Of a stretch of 64,000 nt of DNA, positions 51,406 through 63,346 are shown piece after piece. Each line of letters opens with the position of its first letter. Position 1 is the stretch's first letter. Below the pieces are notes generated by a model. The model ran no database searches, was not told where the DNA came from, and was given only the letters and a program-made list of their open reading frames with translations. Source of the DNA: Camelus ferus (taxonomy: Eukaryota); the NCBI RefSeq assembly GCF_009834535.1, contig NC_045696.1:46750001-46814000 (forward strand), in the 5' to 3' direction. Both the position numbers and the translations under genes were made by a program.

Positions 51406-52094
51406 CAGTTTCTGTTTTATTGGGGCCTTTGTCCTTTTAGCAAATATATTGAAATCATACTGCTTGCTAGGTGTTGGGGATATAGAAACAAATTAGTGTT
51501 CTTCTGGTCAGACTTATCATCACTCTGTATTTTCTATTTCTAAGATGCCATTGATTTTAAAGACACACAGTTATTTTAATTGCAGCTTTTCATGTCTCCT
51601 TACTTGAAGGTCAAAGCCCACTTAGGGCGGGGAGGAGAAGAGAAAGAGGGCCACATTAAAATTACACATTTATTCTAAGATGAAGCCCGGATTTCAGACC
51701 ATGCAAACAGAATCAAGGAAGAACAGTGATTCTTCTTTTCTTTTGGCTCTAAAGTTGTAAAACCTGAAGGTTTCCTAAGAAAAAAATATTATTGTGTTCA
51801 GTGTAACTGTGGTTCTTGTCCTTTATGTATTTCTCTCTTTCTTTCTTCCTTTTTTTTTTTTTTCCCACTGTGTTGGAATTCAGCCATCAAGTTGAAATGG
51901 GTTAATCTGGTCTTATCAGACGTGTCTCAGTCACCTGGAAGAAGATATTGACACAAGAACTATGGGTACACTCTTTAGAAACCATGTTTGCAGCTGCTTT
52001 AAAATACTTCCAAGGATTCAAGGTGAATTCAACAGTCTGAGACCGAATAATGTTCCTGCAGCACAGCCTCGCCCAGGCACAGCTGAACACAGAG

Positions 52095-52295
52095 AACAGA
52101 CCTAGGGCTTTGAGACAGCAGGAACTGGGTTGAATCCTGGCTGCCTCAGTTACCAACTGGGTGACCTTGATTGTTTTCCTTGCCCTCTCTGAGCCTCACA
52201 TGCCTCATGAATAAACTAGGTCTGAAGAAACTACTGCTGAGTGTTCTGAGATTTAAATGGAGTAACGACACACATAAAAGCACCAATTGCAATAT
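52095..52295 (+). mobile_element. MIR SINE
   Basis: CTGGGTTGAATCCTGGCTG...TACCAACTGGGTGACCTTG...CTCTCTGAGCCTCA. Confidence 0.75.
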
Positions 52296-52473
52296 CAGAA
52301 CATCTAAACTCAAGTTCTTACCATTTTTTCTGGAACACAGGAAAATGGTCAGGTGCCTACTTACTCCAGTTGGAAGATTTTAGCCCAACCTTCTGACTGG
52401 TACCCACAGTTAATGGGTCATTCTGCAAAGCGGTCATTTGGAGAATTCATAGCTGAGGAATTGAATTTGGGGG

Positions 52474-52806
52474 ATATTTTAGTTGGCTCTGGCTACCAAA
52501 ACAAAATACCACCGACTGGGTGGCTTAAACAACAAACATCTAGCTCTTACAGTTCTGGAACCTGGGAAGTCCAAGATCAAGGTGCCGCCAGATTAGCCAG
52601 ATTTGATGTCAGGTCAGAGCCTGCTTCCTGGTTTGCAGAGGCAGCCACCTTCTTCTTTTTATAAGGGCATTAATTTCATCATAAGGGCCCCACCCTCATA
52701 CCTAATTAACCCTTGTCACCTCCCAAAGGCCCCACCTCCAAATACCATCACAATAGGATTAAGGCTTCAACATACAAATTTCGGGGAGAAACGTTCAGTC
52801 CTTAAA
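52474..52806 (-). mobile_element. MaLR solo LTR (MLT1A-like)
   Basis: ACAAAATACCACCGACTGGGTGGCTTAAACAACA, GGGAAGTCCAAGATCAAGGTG, CACCTCCCAAAGGCCCCACCTCCAAATACCATCAC. Confidence 0.88.
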
Positions 52807-55578
52807 AGGTGAAATGGCTGCTTCCACAATGACTTGGAATTTCATACACAGAAGCCTCGGAAGTTTCTCAGGATTTTCTCCAGATCTGATCCAAACTCAG
52901 CAGACATGCTCCTCTGTGGCTCACGTGGCCTTAGCCAGCGATGCTGGGGAAACTGTGTATTGTCTAAGGACCTAGGACAAGTAGGCACTTATCAAACAGG
53001 GCCCAAGTAGGGTGGTTTTGACTGAAGAGAGGCCACCTGGGGTCCACGTCCAGGGCTGTGCTTTTGCCCCACCAACACCAATGCTGCAGGGTTGCTCTTT
53101 AGCTAGAAGGTTTACAAGCCCGCCATGTATCATGATAGTCCTCATCTTTCTTCTCTGCATCCTAGCAGAATGGTCTCAGTTCCATTTCAGAGTTGGGGAT
53201 AAGCATTTCCCACCTTCCCAATGCCCTCCCTGCAGGGAAACAGGAAGCACTGTGCAGCTCTATGCAGAAAACTGGGAGAATTTCTGACCCGTCCTTGTCC
53301 ACGCCTGCTGAGGATGCCAGCACCTGGCTCTTCGCGATCAGCCTTGGGTGGCAGTAGCTGGCAGTGGCCATCCCACAGGCAGCAGGCCCACAGCATGGAG
53401 ACATAAGCTGGCTCCTCTCCCTGCACTGCCCCATCTGCTAGATGAGGGTGACACCAGTGGAGGCTGGGAGGAGCTGGCCAGCTTACAGCCTTATGGTGTG
53501 TGTGTGCGCATGTGGCATCTGTGCTGGGAGATCAGGGAAGGGTTGTGTTGGAAGGGCGCCTTGCTTTCCCCAGGGAAAGAGCAAGGAAAGGTTCCCTTCC
53601 CAGCCCCCTTTACAGACCAGCTGACAGTGGGATTCTACCCCTGGGGTATCTTGGGGTACGTGACTTACCTATCTGAGCCTGAATTTCCTCATCTGTATGA
53701 AGGATGGAGAAGATCATGATAGAAAACCATATTATTAGTACCCAAGCAGACAAACTAAAGGTTAATTTCCCAAATTCCTACCCGCCCAAGGACTGATGGA
53801 TGAGATTTGTTAAGTTTGCTGCAGATAATGAAGCAAGCAAGGGCTAAAAACAACAGAACTCCTGCCAAGGTTAGGGGCCCAGCCAACCCCATCATGACCT
53901 TGCATAGCTCTGGAGGGGGAAGGACTGGATGAAAGTTGCAGACTATTTGCAGATTTCCATCCTCCAAGGTTTCCAGGGAGAGGACATGGGATAAAACGGC
54001 TTTGAGAGCCAGGCAGTTAACATAAATGAGTAGGGCATGCTAGAGGCTTGCGTAGCAAACATCAACCATGTCCCTTCCACAACGATGCTTCCTCTACTTG
54101 CTGGTACACACAAAGCAAGTGGTCCTCCAGGTATGTGTTTTGTTTTCTCACTTGTGGATTCATGAGAACAGAGAAATTATTTCTCTACTACAAGCAAAAT
54201 GCTAAAATACAGACTCAAGCAGCTGCTGTTGAAGGATGTCCGGAGACTCAGGGAGTGCATGCTCCACCCACACTGGGCAGAAGCTGTGCGACCCCAGCTC
54301 ATCACTGGGAGTGGGCATGGAGGCCAATGCGGTCAGATCTTCTATTTTGTTTACTTAACAAATGCTGTAAATCCAGATTTAAAAAAAAAAGTAGAACCTC
54401 CTCTTTCTGCTGTTCTGTTTTTCTTCTTTTCTTTCAATGGCGCAAATGTTGTTTAAAACTTTGTGTACACCAAATAAGGCCTACCTGCCTGTGGCCCGTT
54501 TGTATCTCGCCTTCTATCTAGTACTCTGAATGTTGATGATTTCTTGCCAAATTGTTCCAGATTTGGCATTCCAGGTGCCCCTCCTCACGCAGCTGGGAAC
54601 CTGGGAGACTTTGGAATCCTCGGTAATCAGGAGGGGCCATGATTTTGACCTTGACTGTGTCCTCAGGTGATGCCAGGGGCTGGTGCAGGCTGAAGAGAGG
54701 TGCAGTCTTCTTTTCTCAGCAGAATTTCTTTCCTGGGATTTATTGCCCTGAGGTAATGACTGGGGCACTGGCCTCTTCTGCAGGCCACCTCCTCACCTCT
54801 CCTGGGGTGGTGATTAAAAAGAAACACTGTCCTGCTATCCTCACTGACTTCCTGGGAGAGATGACAGACCAGCTGCACTGGGGAGAACCCTTCAGGCATC
54901 TAGGACAGGCCCCTCACGTTGCACATAAAGAAGCAGAGATGCAGAAAGCCCCTCCCACCTCTCTGGGGCCCGCATTCCCCGATAACACGAGGTTGAGGTC
55001 CTAGGCCCCTGGCCCAGCTGTCCAGCACTGTTCACTGCTGCTCCTGCCTCTGCTGGGCACACCCAGCCCCAAGACCTCTCTAGTTAAATGGGCATTGGAA
55101 CTGCATGAACGGTGGACTTCAGAGCTGAGCCTGCGAAAAGCCGGGAATGTCAGAGGGCAAACTCAGGTTGGGGGAGAAATTGGAAATACTCTCCTTTTCC
55201 TCTGGAAGTGAGCAGAATTCACCTGAGATCCATCCAGAAAGGGATTCTTGCTCATTTTGTCACCTGGGTCTGGGGACATCCTGCCCCTGGAGACTATGAG
55301 GTCATGGCAGGCAAGGCTGACAGGAGTGCGGCCCTGGCAGAGGTGTGTCACCCGTTGCTCTCCCCCATCCTCACAGCGTGCTCAGAGCACGAGCATGGGG
55401 AGACGATGAGGCTCTGCCGTGCGGAGACCCCGTTCCACCTCCCAAGGCCTCTCCCTCCATCCCCGCCCAGAGGGTTTCACCCGCTTGAGATTCAGATTCA
55501 CACACTTCTTACTTGGAGTGAAGGATCTGCTTCCCCTGAGGGGAAGAGTGGCTTGGAGAGAGTGGCTTGAAGATTGCT

Positions 55579-55619
55579 TGTCCTGTGACCTCTAACCTGT
55601 GACCTCTAACCTGTGACCT
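55579..55619 (-). promoter_or_regulatory. Array of six nuclear-receptor half-sites in DR1 register (7/14 bp tandem repeat)
   Basis: Minus strand reads AGGTCA c AGGTTA g AGGTCA c AGGTTA g AGGTCA c AGGACA; function is inferred, not shown. Confidence 0.45.
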
Positions 55620-55717
55620 GCTGTTTCATCCTAAATGGCCCATTCTTTTAAATTAAGATCTTCAACTTTCTATCCAACAACAACGTATTTTGGAAAAAAA
55701 AAAAAACTTAAGAAATC

Positions 55718-55886
55718 GGGGGGGGGGTATATAGCTCAAGTGGTAGAGCGCATGCTTAGCATGCACAAGGTCCTGGGTTTGATCCCCAGTACCTCCCTTA
55801 AAATAAATTAAAAAATAAACCTAATTACTCCCCCCCCCCAAAAAAAAGCAAGAAAAAATAAAACTAAATAATTATTTTTTTAAAAG
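55718..55886 (+). mobile_element. tRNA-Ala-derived SINE (camelid Vic-1-like)
   Basis: GGGGGTATATAGCTCAAGTGGTAGAGCGCATGCTTAGCATGCACAAGGTCCTGGGTTTGATCCCCAGTACCTCC head, AT-rich/C-run body as in the 8806 copy, TSD-like AGAAAT(C/G)GGG at 55711-55720 and 55887-55896. Confidence 0.9.
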
Positions 55887-58839
55887 AGAAATGGGGAAAT
55901 GTGTACATTTGATTTTCATTTTCTTTTCCTGCTTATGGTAGGGGTGGGGAAATACATTTATTAAGCTCCCAGTTACAGTCCGCTAGACGCTTACATATTT
56001 TATCTGTATAGTCCTCAAAACAGTCCTGTAAGGAGTGATTTTTGTTTGTTTTTAGTTTTTCCTATGCTACAAATGAGGGGATCGAGGCTCAGGGAAAGTG
56101 AGAAACTTACAAATACAGAGCTCAGCTTGGAGGGCTGGTGTCTGTGTGATCCTGGCTGTATTCTTAGGCCTCTGCACAGTGCCTGGCACAGAACAAGTGC
56201 TCAATAATTAGCGGCGGATAATATTATTTCCTAGGGTGGAAGGGCCGGTGAGTGATGGGACCTTCATGAAAGATGAAAAAAGACCTTGTTGGATGAAGAA
56301 GAGAAGAAAGAGGTTTGCATAATTAATAGTGAAATAAGGAATGACTTTGATTTATACCACAACATCTTTCTTCCGAGGATTTGGAGGTACTTGACAGTTA
56401 CCTCACTTGTCTTTTCACCAGTCCCAGCAATATTCCTGCCAAGTACAGGGAGGTGAGGCATGGAATGATTTAGCGAGGGCCACACGTGCAACCCAAGGGC
56501 CGGACGTGGGCACCTCCTGCTCCGCGCACATGCCTTATGGCACCACTGGGATCTCCAGCGCGATCTCTTCAGGCGATTCTGGGGAGACGGCCCTCTCTCC
56601 ACCTGCTACCCCATTCCCATCCCCAAGGAGCAGACCATCTTGGCGGACTCAGCAAGGGGGATTAACTCGAATTCACCTTGGGCTCTTAGTGGGTGGAAAG
56701 AAAACAACTTGACTGTGGAGAGGTTTGTAGAAAACACAGATGGGGCCAACCCCCGGAAGAATCTGTTTTCTTCCCCAAATCTGACCTTTCACACTACTGG
56801 GATACCTAGAACACTGCAGGAAGCTGAGCTCAGAGGAAGCAAAACCTCATATAATCGCTTTGCTGAGTATTTCTGTGTTGCTTTCACTCTTAGAAAAAAG
56901 AACCTCCTGCTATAGCTATCGATATAAGCTTTGCTTATGCTGGTCTGATATGGTATCTCTTCATCAAAATCAAAGCGGAAGTTATAGAAGAAGTAGCTTC
57001 ACCACCACAAAACTTTAGGAGATTTCTATACCCAAACTGGAGATCTACAGACCTGTGAACTGGAAGCCACGGGACTTTCACACGGGACTCCTAAGTGCAC
57101 ACTTTCCACCACCTGTCTCAAAAGCTTGTCTGAGACACAGAAGTCTTAATTAAATGCAGATGAAAAGGGGCCTTGAGTTGATTTTCACGTTTAACATTAG
57201 ACTTTCTTGATTTAAGCAGCTCAGTAAGAAACAAGACATAATTGAGGCTTGCTTTTAATTAAACATATAGATATATATTTATTTATTTACTAGTTCCACT
57301 AAGATATTGCTTAATTTTCATTAATGCTGCTGATTTTTTTCTTTCCATAGAACAACATTCTTGTTAATCTTGCTTGGATGCAATTAGTTGTGCTATGTTT
57401 ATCTTCCTGGTTTCACCATTAATTCCAGTGTGGAACCAATTTATTTGTATTTTTCACTGCTTAGAACATCCTTCCTACTGAAATCCATCAATAATGCCAT
57501 GATTCACAGTGTGCTTTTATTTTGGGTGGAAGGAAGTGAGGAATTGATTTGGGGGAAGAAATAAGAGGGAGGTGACTGTAAAAGACTGTTCACTGGGTGG
57601 CATGGAAAGGTAATGTTTCTGATGAAGGACATGTGTCCACTTTTTGATATAATTAGGGTGCTGTGATTGGCTCTCAGTTTTCCTTTCTGTTCCGTCAGAG
57701 ACAGATGACAAAGAAAAGACTCCAGTAGAGTTATTGCATCTCTAAACATGCAACAAACATAAACAGCCAAGCACCTTAATGGACTGATCCACTGCACATC
57801 TCTCGCCTTGTTAGGAGTCAGGAGCTAAAACACCGACATATCAGGATAGCTCAGATGTTCTCTCTGTGGAATGTATGCAATAGTCTAAGCATTCAAGGCT
57901 TACTAGAAAACCATGCCTGAAAATGAATCTGGGGCCTTCAATCAAGCACTCTCTGAAGTAAGCTCTGCGCTTCCCTCAAAGTTTCCCAGCCTGATAACCC
58001 TACTTGGTTTTCAGTTCCCCCTTGAACTGGGCATCATCTGTGGCCGGATGAGTAGGTGGAGAAGAAGTAAACAGAAGCCATTTCCAATTCACAGCATGTC
58101 TCCAGCTGCCTTTTTTTTTTTTTTCCCGCTTTCTACAGATACCCAGGGGGACTGGTGGAGCAGAGACTCTAATCATTTTAGAAAAGAGAGCAAGCTGATT
58201 GCACATAACCTATGCCTTATCAAAACCCCCAACTGAAATACTCTCATTTGTGAAATAATATTTACTAGGCCTCAGTATTTTCAATATCCATTTTCATTCC
58301 CATATGCTTGGATTTAGTTTCTGCCAGTTATTAGCCGAAAGGCAGCTCTAAGTCCTAAACTGTATCCTACCTAGGGTGATGGGAGGGCCTGCTCTCCACA
58401 CATTTTTGGACATCTTCAGCCTCAGTCCCCGACGTGAATGAATAAATGGGCGAGTTGAGTTTTGCTAACAGGAGAATGGGTTCCAAAGACCATTTGTGTG
58501 CTACGAGGAGGAGCTCCTTCACTTCCATTCCAAGAAGGGGCAAAGCAGGTTATCTGATGATGCCTTTCTCTAATGTCACCTCCTGTCCCCTGGTTTCACT
58601 GAGGGAACCAGAGGGTGTCTTCCCAAGAACATTGCACCTGGAGTCATCGTCTGCAGTGTAGCTGTGCTTGTCACATCAGTTTACACTCAATTTATGTTCG
58701 ATTTCGTCTTTGGCGACGACCCAACGTGGGCAAATACGTGTTCCGCTGTATATTATGCTCATCTCTAGGCTATCCTGCTAAGGTTTTTCCTCCTCAGCTG
58801 AATTTAATAAGCAGAAAAAGAGAAATGGTTTCTAGTTTC

Positions 58840-58980
58840 TGAGTGCTCACCTTAGGCCAGGTGCTGTGCTAAGTACTCCACGTGCATTATGGCATTGACT
58901 CTCTACACAGACACCGAGAAGCTAGGTCACTTGCACAGGGTCACGCAGCCGGGGAAGCGCTGAGCGTGGAGTGCTCTGAC
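58840..58980 (-). mobile_element. MIR SINE fragment
   Basis: TGAGTGCTCAC...GCCAGGTGCTGTGCTAAGTACT...CACTTGCACAGGGTCACGCAGC. Confidence 0.65.
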
Positions 58981-60662
58981 TCTGCATGTTGCCTCTCCTC
59001 TAAGCGCCTGTGGTGAGAGCCAGCTCCCAGGTCTACTAGATGCTCAGAAGGGATGAAATCTACAAGCACAGGCAGCATCTCTCCTCCATAGAAAAAGGAA
59101 CTATTATCAGAAAGCACTGAAACCTCTGTGGCCTTCTTTCCAGGGTAAGAATAAATGTGCTGAACTGTCCTTTAAGGCACTAATGACTGGGCTGCTGAAC
59201 ACCACGGCTGTTGTTTTCCAGGCTGACACTCGGCTGGTTCTTTTTCTCTTTATTTTCAGGCTAATAATTAGATATAAATCCCTGACAGTACTTGAACTGT
59301 CACCCCAGGGGGTTCTAGATTTCTTTACTATTGTTTGCAAAGATTTCATCTGAAAAAAAGCCCTCTGAAACCAGATGTAAGTTACACTCAGCAACAGCTT
59401 TAAAAAAATCAATTATCTATTTGAGTCTTTTGAAGAACGTATGCTCCTCTCTCCTCAACTTGAGAGCTCAAATCTTATTTTTACCTCCAGTCTGAAGACT
59501 AAAGATGCCCAGGAGGACTAGCTAAGGTGGCCTCATAAAATGTTGTTTTCATCAGCACCTGTGTCATTGCCAGGTTTGCTTGGACAGCATCCAGGCTCTT
59601 GGAATGTGCTTGACTCGGGGATTTTTGTTTCTGTTTTAACATAAATTTGTTTGGTACATATAGTGAAAATTATTGTAGTGGCTTCGCTTCTCAGGGGAGA
59701 AATATAAAACTGCTCTTTATATGAATAAATTAATCTCTTGGCCTTGCCTCCGTGCCAGGTGGCTTTGAGCAAGGCATTGAGAGGCCAGCCTCTGTGTCCC
59801 CCTCTACCCTGTTGCTCTGTTCCTCTCCAGCACCCGCACCCACGTGTGGCACAACTCCAGTGGTTGTGATCATGGAACATGGCTTTTCTCTGTGTAAAAA
59901 TACCTGACCCAAATGGGGCACTTTAAATCCTTTGACGAGCAAGACAGAGTCATAGAAATAAGTAACTGGCTCAGGTGGGGATCACTGGCCTCATTAACAC
60001 ATGTTCAAGCACCTGAGCGCCCTCCCAGGGGACTCAGTCGCTCAGGAAAGGTCTGTTCTGAGACGTTCCGTTCCCATTACTTTATATTACAGCTCCTTTG
60101 GAGAATCCCAGTTGCTTTTGAGGAGGGAGGCAAAGAGCTGGCTGGTCTCACTACTAAGTCTAGTCTATTCATACAGTAAAGAAAACGATTCTAGTCAGAA
60201 GGCCCAGGGATGAGATTTGGTACCTATTCCAGCCAAACTTTTTAGCCAAATGTATTCCAGGAGACTGGATCTAATACTTTTTTTCAGAGATGTAAAACTA
60301 ACACAAGAGTATTTAATTTTACTGATTGTGATGCTCTTGAAAAAAACGGACAGATTTTTTGGTGTAATTTCAAGCACAGTTCTTTTAGGCAGTTAATAAA
60401 GATTCCACAATCTAATCAATCAGCTTAAATCATAAAGATTCTATAGTTTTCCAACATCTTTCTTTGAATGGAGGTGAGAACAACTGGTATTTGTTGATGT
60501 TTTCAAATACGTTCCTGCATAGGACCCAGGGTAAGATTTTCTGCTCCATTTAGTAATACTTGTTACCAGAACAATCCCTAGTTGCTAGTTGGGCATAAGC
60601 TAAAGATATGAGGAGACATGGGTTCTATTGAATCCAGGATAATTACATTTTTTAAAAATCCA

Positions 60663-60752
60663 TATGTATGTATACTTGAATCACTTTCTGTACGACTGAA
60701 ATTAACACAACACTGTAAATCAACTACCATTTAAACAGTAATAGATGCATAA
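60663..60752 (+). mobile_element. Very short (~90 bp) LINE-1 3' tip
   Basis: GAATCACTTTCTGTACGACTGAAATTAACACAACACTGTAAATCAACTA; TSD AAAAATCCA at 60654-60662 and 60753-60761. Confidence 0.8.
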
Positions 60753-62499
60753 AAAAATCCAAAGTATATGTTTAACCACTCCAACTGGGAGAACTGAACA
60801 ATTGGTAACATTGCAATAAAGGTTTCTTAAGGTAACCAAATATATGCCTTCTCTAACTTGCAAAAATGAGACTTTTGAACATTACATTCTAAAAATGTCT
60901 GGCTGAGCTGGGGGTGGAGAGTGAGACACATTCCTGGAATGGGCTACCTGGGAGGTGGAGCTGGACGTGTCCCAGCGCGGGGCTCTCGTCCGAGGTGGTG
61001 GGCGGCTGTTCCTGCAACTGCTAGGGAAAGAGGTAGCAGTGGGGAGAGGAACAGTTCCAGTACTTTCCAATTGCCCTCAGCATGAGGGCACAAGAGAAAA
61101 ATTTCCCCCCAAAGAATTCATACAATGATTGGTATGTACACAAAAGTTCACCCATAACGCAACCTAACCTCAGCACCTCCAAAACAAACACTGTTTTTAA
61201 TAAAAATGACTAAGAAAGCCTTTATGGACTGACCGAAAGAGCTAAATTACCATTTATTTTAAAAATTAACAAGTAGAGAGCTTCCATGGAAGATACAGTC
61301 CATGTTTTAAACAAACACACTTAAACTTTGCCAACAACCCACTTGTTTAGAATGGAAGTCCACCGGATTTTATGTTGTCAGTTCAAACTTGAGGAATTTC
61401 ACAAAGAAAATTAGGAAGCAGAATGAGTTGTCTGTTTTGGAAGACAGGTCTATGATTAAATAAGACTATTTGAAGAGCAGGAGCCCCGCGCTGAGTCCCA
61501 CATCAGTGTTGCAACATCTGTGTGAGAACAAGAGCTTCAGTTTTGCAAATCTGTGGCATGAGCGCCCAGTCTGGCAGCAAGGCTGACATCAGGTTGCAGT
61601 TTTCAGACTTTTATAAATCATTTTTCTCCACACTGGACTCCTTACTAAGCATTTCTTATCATCCAAACTGAGGAAAGATACTTGGTCTTCGACAACGATT
61701 AACAGAGCTGAAAAGCTGCTGTCTTAGAGCCAGATGACTAAATGATTGCTATGTTTACGTTTAACCATTAAATCCACTATCACTGCTATGCAGTGCTGTC
61801 TTAAACATTAAATAATCAATCCAATTATCCAGAATGTAAGGTTAAATACTTCATTTCCCTCCGATTTGATGGATGGGTACTTGAGCACGAAGCTTATAAA
61901 CTCAAAGTAAACACCAGGGGAGAGTTCCGGCACAGTCTCACTTCTGACACCAAACACTGTCAGTTGTGCTTAAATCTCTGAGCTACTGGTGGGATCATGT
62001 CCTACATGGATGGTGTTGCCATAATCCATTATTTTCTGCAGCTGTCAAACTGGAGGTCTTGAGCTGGAAAGGTGCTGCCCCCCAAAATGAAACCCAGTTG
62101 CATCTGGAAGCCTACACCTCCATGGGAGCTCAAATCAGGCTGAGTGCAGTTCTGTGCTACACAGAACAGCTTTCTGTGCAGGAGGTAGGCTATTAAATGC
62201 TTTCCGAACTCCATTAGTTACTCCTGCCGAGAGTGAAAAAGTCCTCATAAATGCATAAAAATTAAATTGCCTATGAGGTAAGGAATGAGACGGTACTTTG
62301 CTACCAAATATTATTTTCCATTTAAATGGTCTACAGTCACACACACAAAGCAGAACCAGAGAGTGCATACTTGCAAGGAATGCAGCACTGACCAGGAATT
62401 CTGTGCCTGAAAATCTCATGCCATCTCAGTCTTTACAGTCTCCTGATTTGGCTTCAAGTTAACTTCCACTCTGTCCCCCGTTCCCACCTACGATGGAGC

Positions 62500-62918
62500 C
62501 CACAGTGCCATTCCAGGCCAGACGTGGGACTCAGGCTGGCCCAATCAGAGCGTCAGACTGTCTCTGTGCCTGAGGGAGGGAGGCACGTGGCCCAGTCAGC
62601 ACTGAAGGGCAGTGAGGGGTGGAGGAGACTGTTGACAAAGGGCGTACGCTCTTTTCCTCCCCTCTCCACCCCCTGAACTCTGGAGGTGGGTCTGGGATTG
62701 TGGTCAGCCGTTTTACCATCACGTGCAACCTCTGAGTGAAAGCAACAAGGAGGAAAGCTGAAAACTGGAGACACTGGATCCTTAGGACACTGTTTTGAGG
62801 CCCACTATCTAGTTTTATGTACATCTGAATTTTCAGTTATATTAGCCCACATTAATAAATCCCACATTTCTTAGATTTAGGTTTACTTTCATTTGCAATC
62901 AAAATAGGTAACCAATTA
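62500..62918 (+). mobile_element. Ancient LTR (MLT1J/LTR16-like)
   Basis: GGCCCAATCAGAG, CAGCCGTTTTACCATCA, TTTTCAGTTAT...AATAAATCCC, TCATTTGCAATCAAAA. Confidence 0.5.
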
Positions 62919-63124
62919 AAATGGAAAATGATTTCAGTTGACATCTATGTCTTGGGAGAGACGTATCTCCTACAGATAAGGAGGGACGCTGTGAGGCAGG
63001 TGAGTGGCTTGCTGAGGCCCTCTGCTAGTTGACAGTGGGACTAGAACCAAGGTCCCCTGCTTTCTCAGGTGATATCTTCACTATTACTGTGGGGAAAATG
63101 AATGTGCTGGACTTGCTTAAAACT

Positions 63125-63142
63125 TTTAATTAAAACTTTATT
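63125..63142 (-). terminator. Distal poly(A) signals AATAAA (63137-63142) and ATTAAA (63125-63130)
   Basis: TTTAAT and TTTATT on the + strand, 12 nt apart, at the end of the UTR-like block. Confidence 0.55.
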
Positions 63143-63340
63143 CTGATCAAAAGCTTACCTATTGGATATTATTATAATACTTAAAAAATAATTTATAAGT
63201 TAATATTTTAAGTCATCCTTTGCACTGTTACCTAGGATATGGACTTGAAAATACAGTGATAAACCGAACGTCTCGGTCACGTGCTTGTGGTCTGCTGTAG
63301 CAGCAACAGAAATTAGCCCAACAAAAAGAGCTTAAAATGT

Positions 63341-63346
63341 TTTATT
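63341..63346 (-). terminator. Proximal poly(A) signal AATAAA
   Basis: TTTATT on the + strand, upstream TGTA elements, downstream U/GU-rich CTCTTTTTGTTGGG on the minus strand. Confidence 0.7.

Noticed and set aside
55722..55797. Apparent tRNA-Ala(AGC) gene
   Set aside because: Extra bases near the 5' end and D-arm, B-box GTTTGA instead of GTTCGA, SINE body, A-tail and TSD indicate a retroposed SINE
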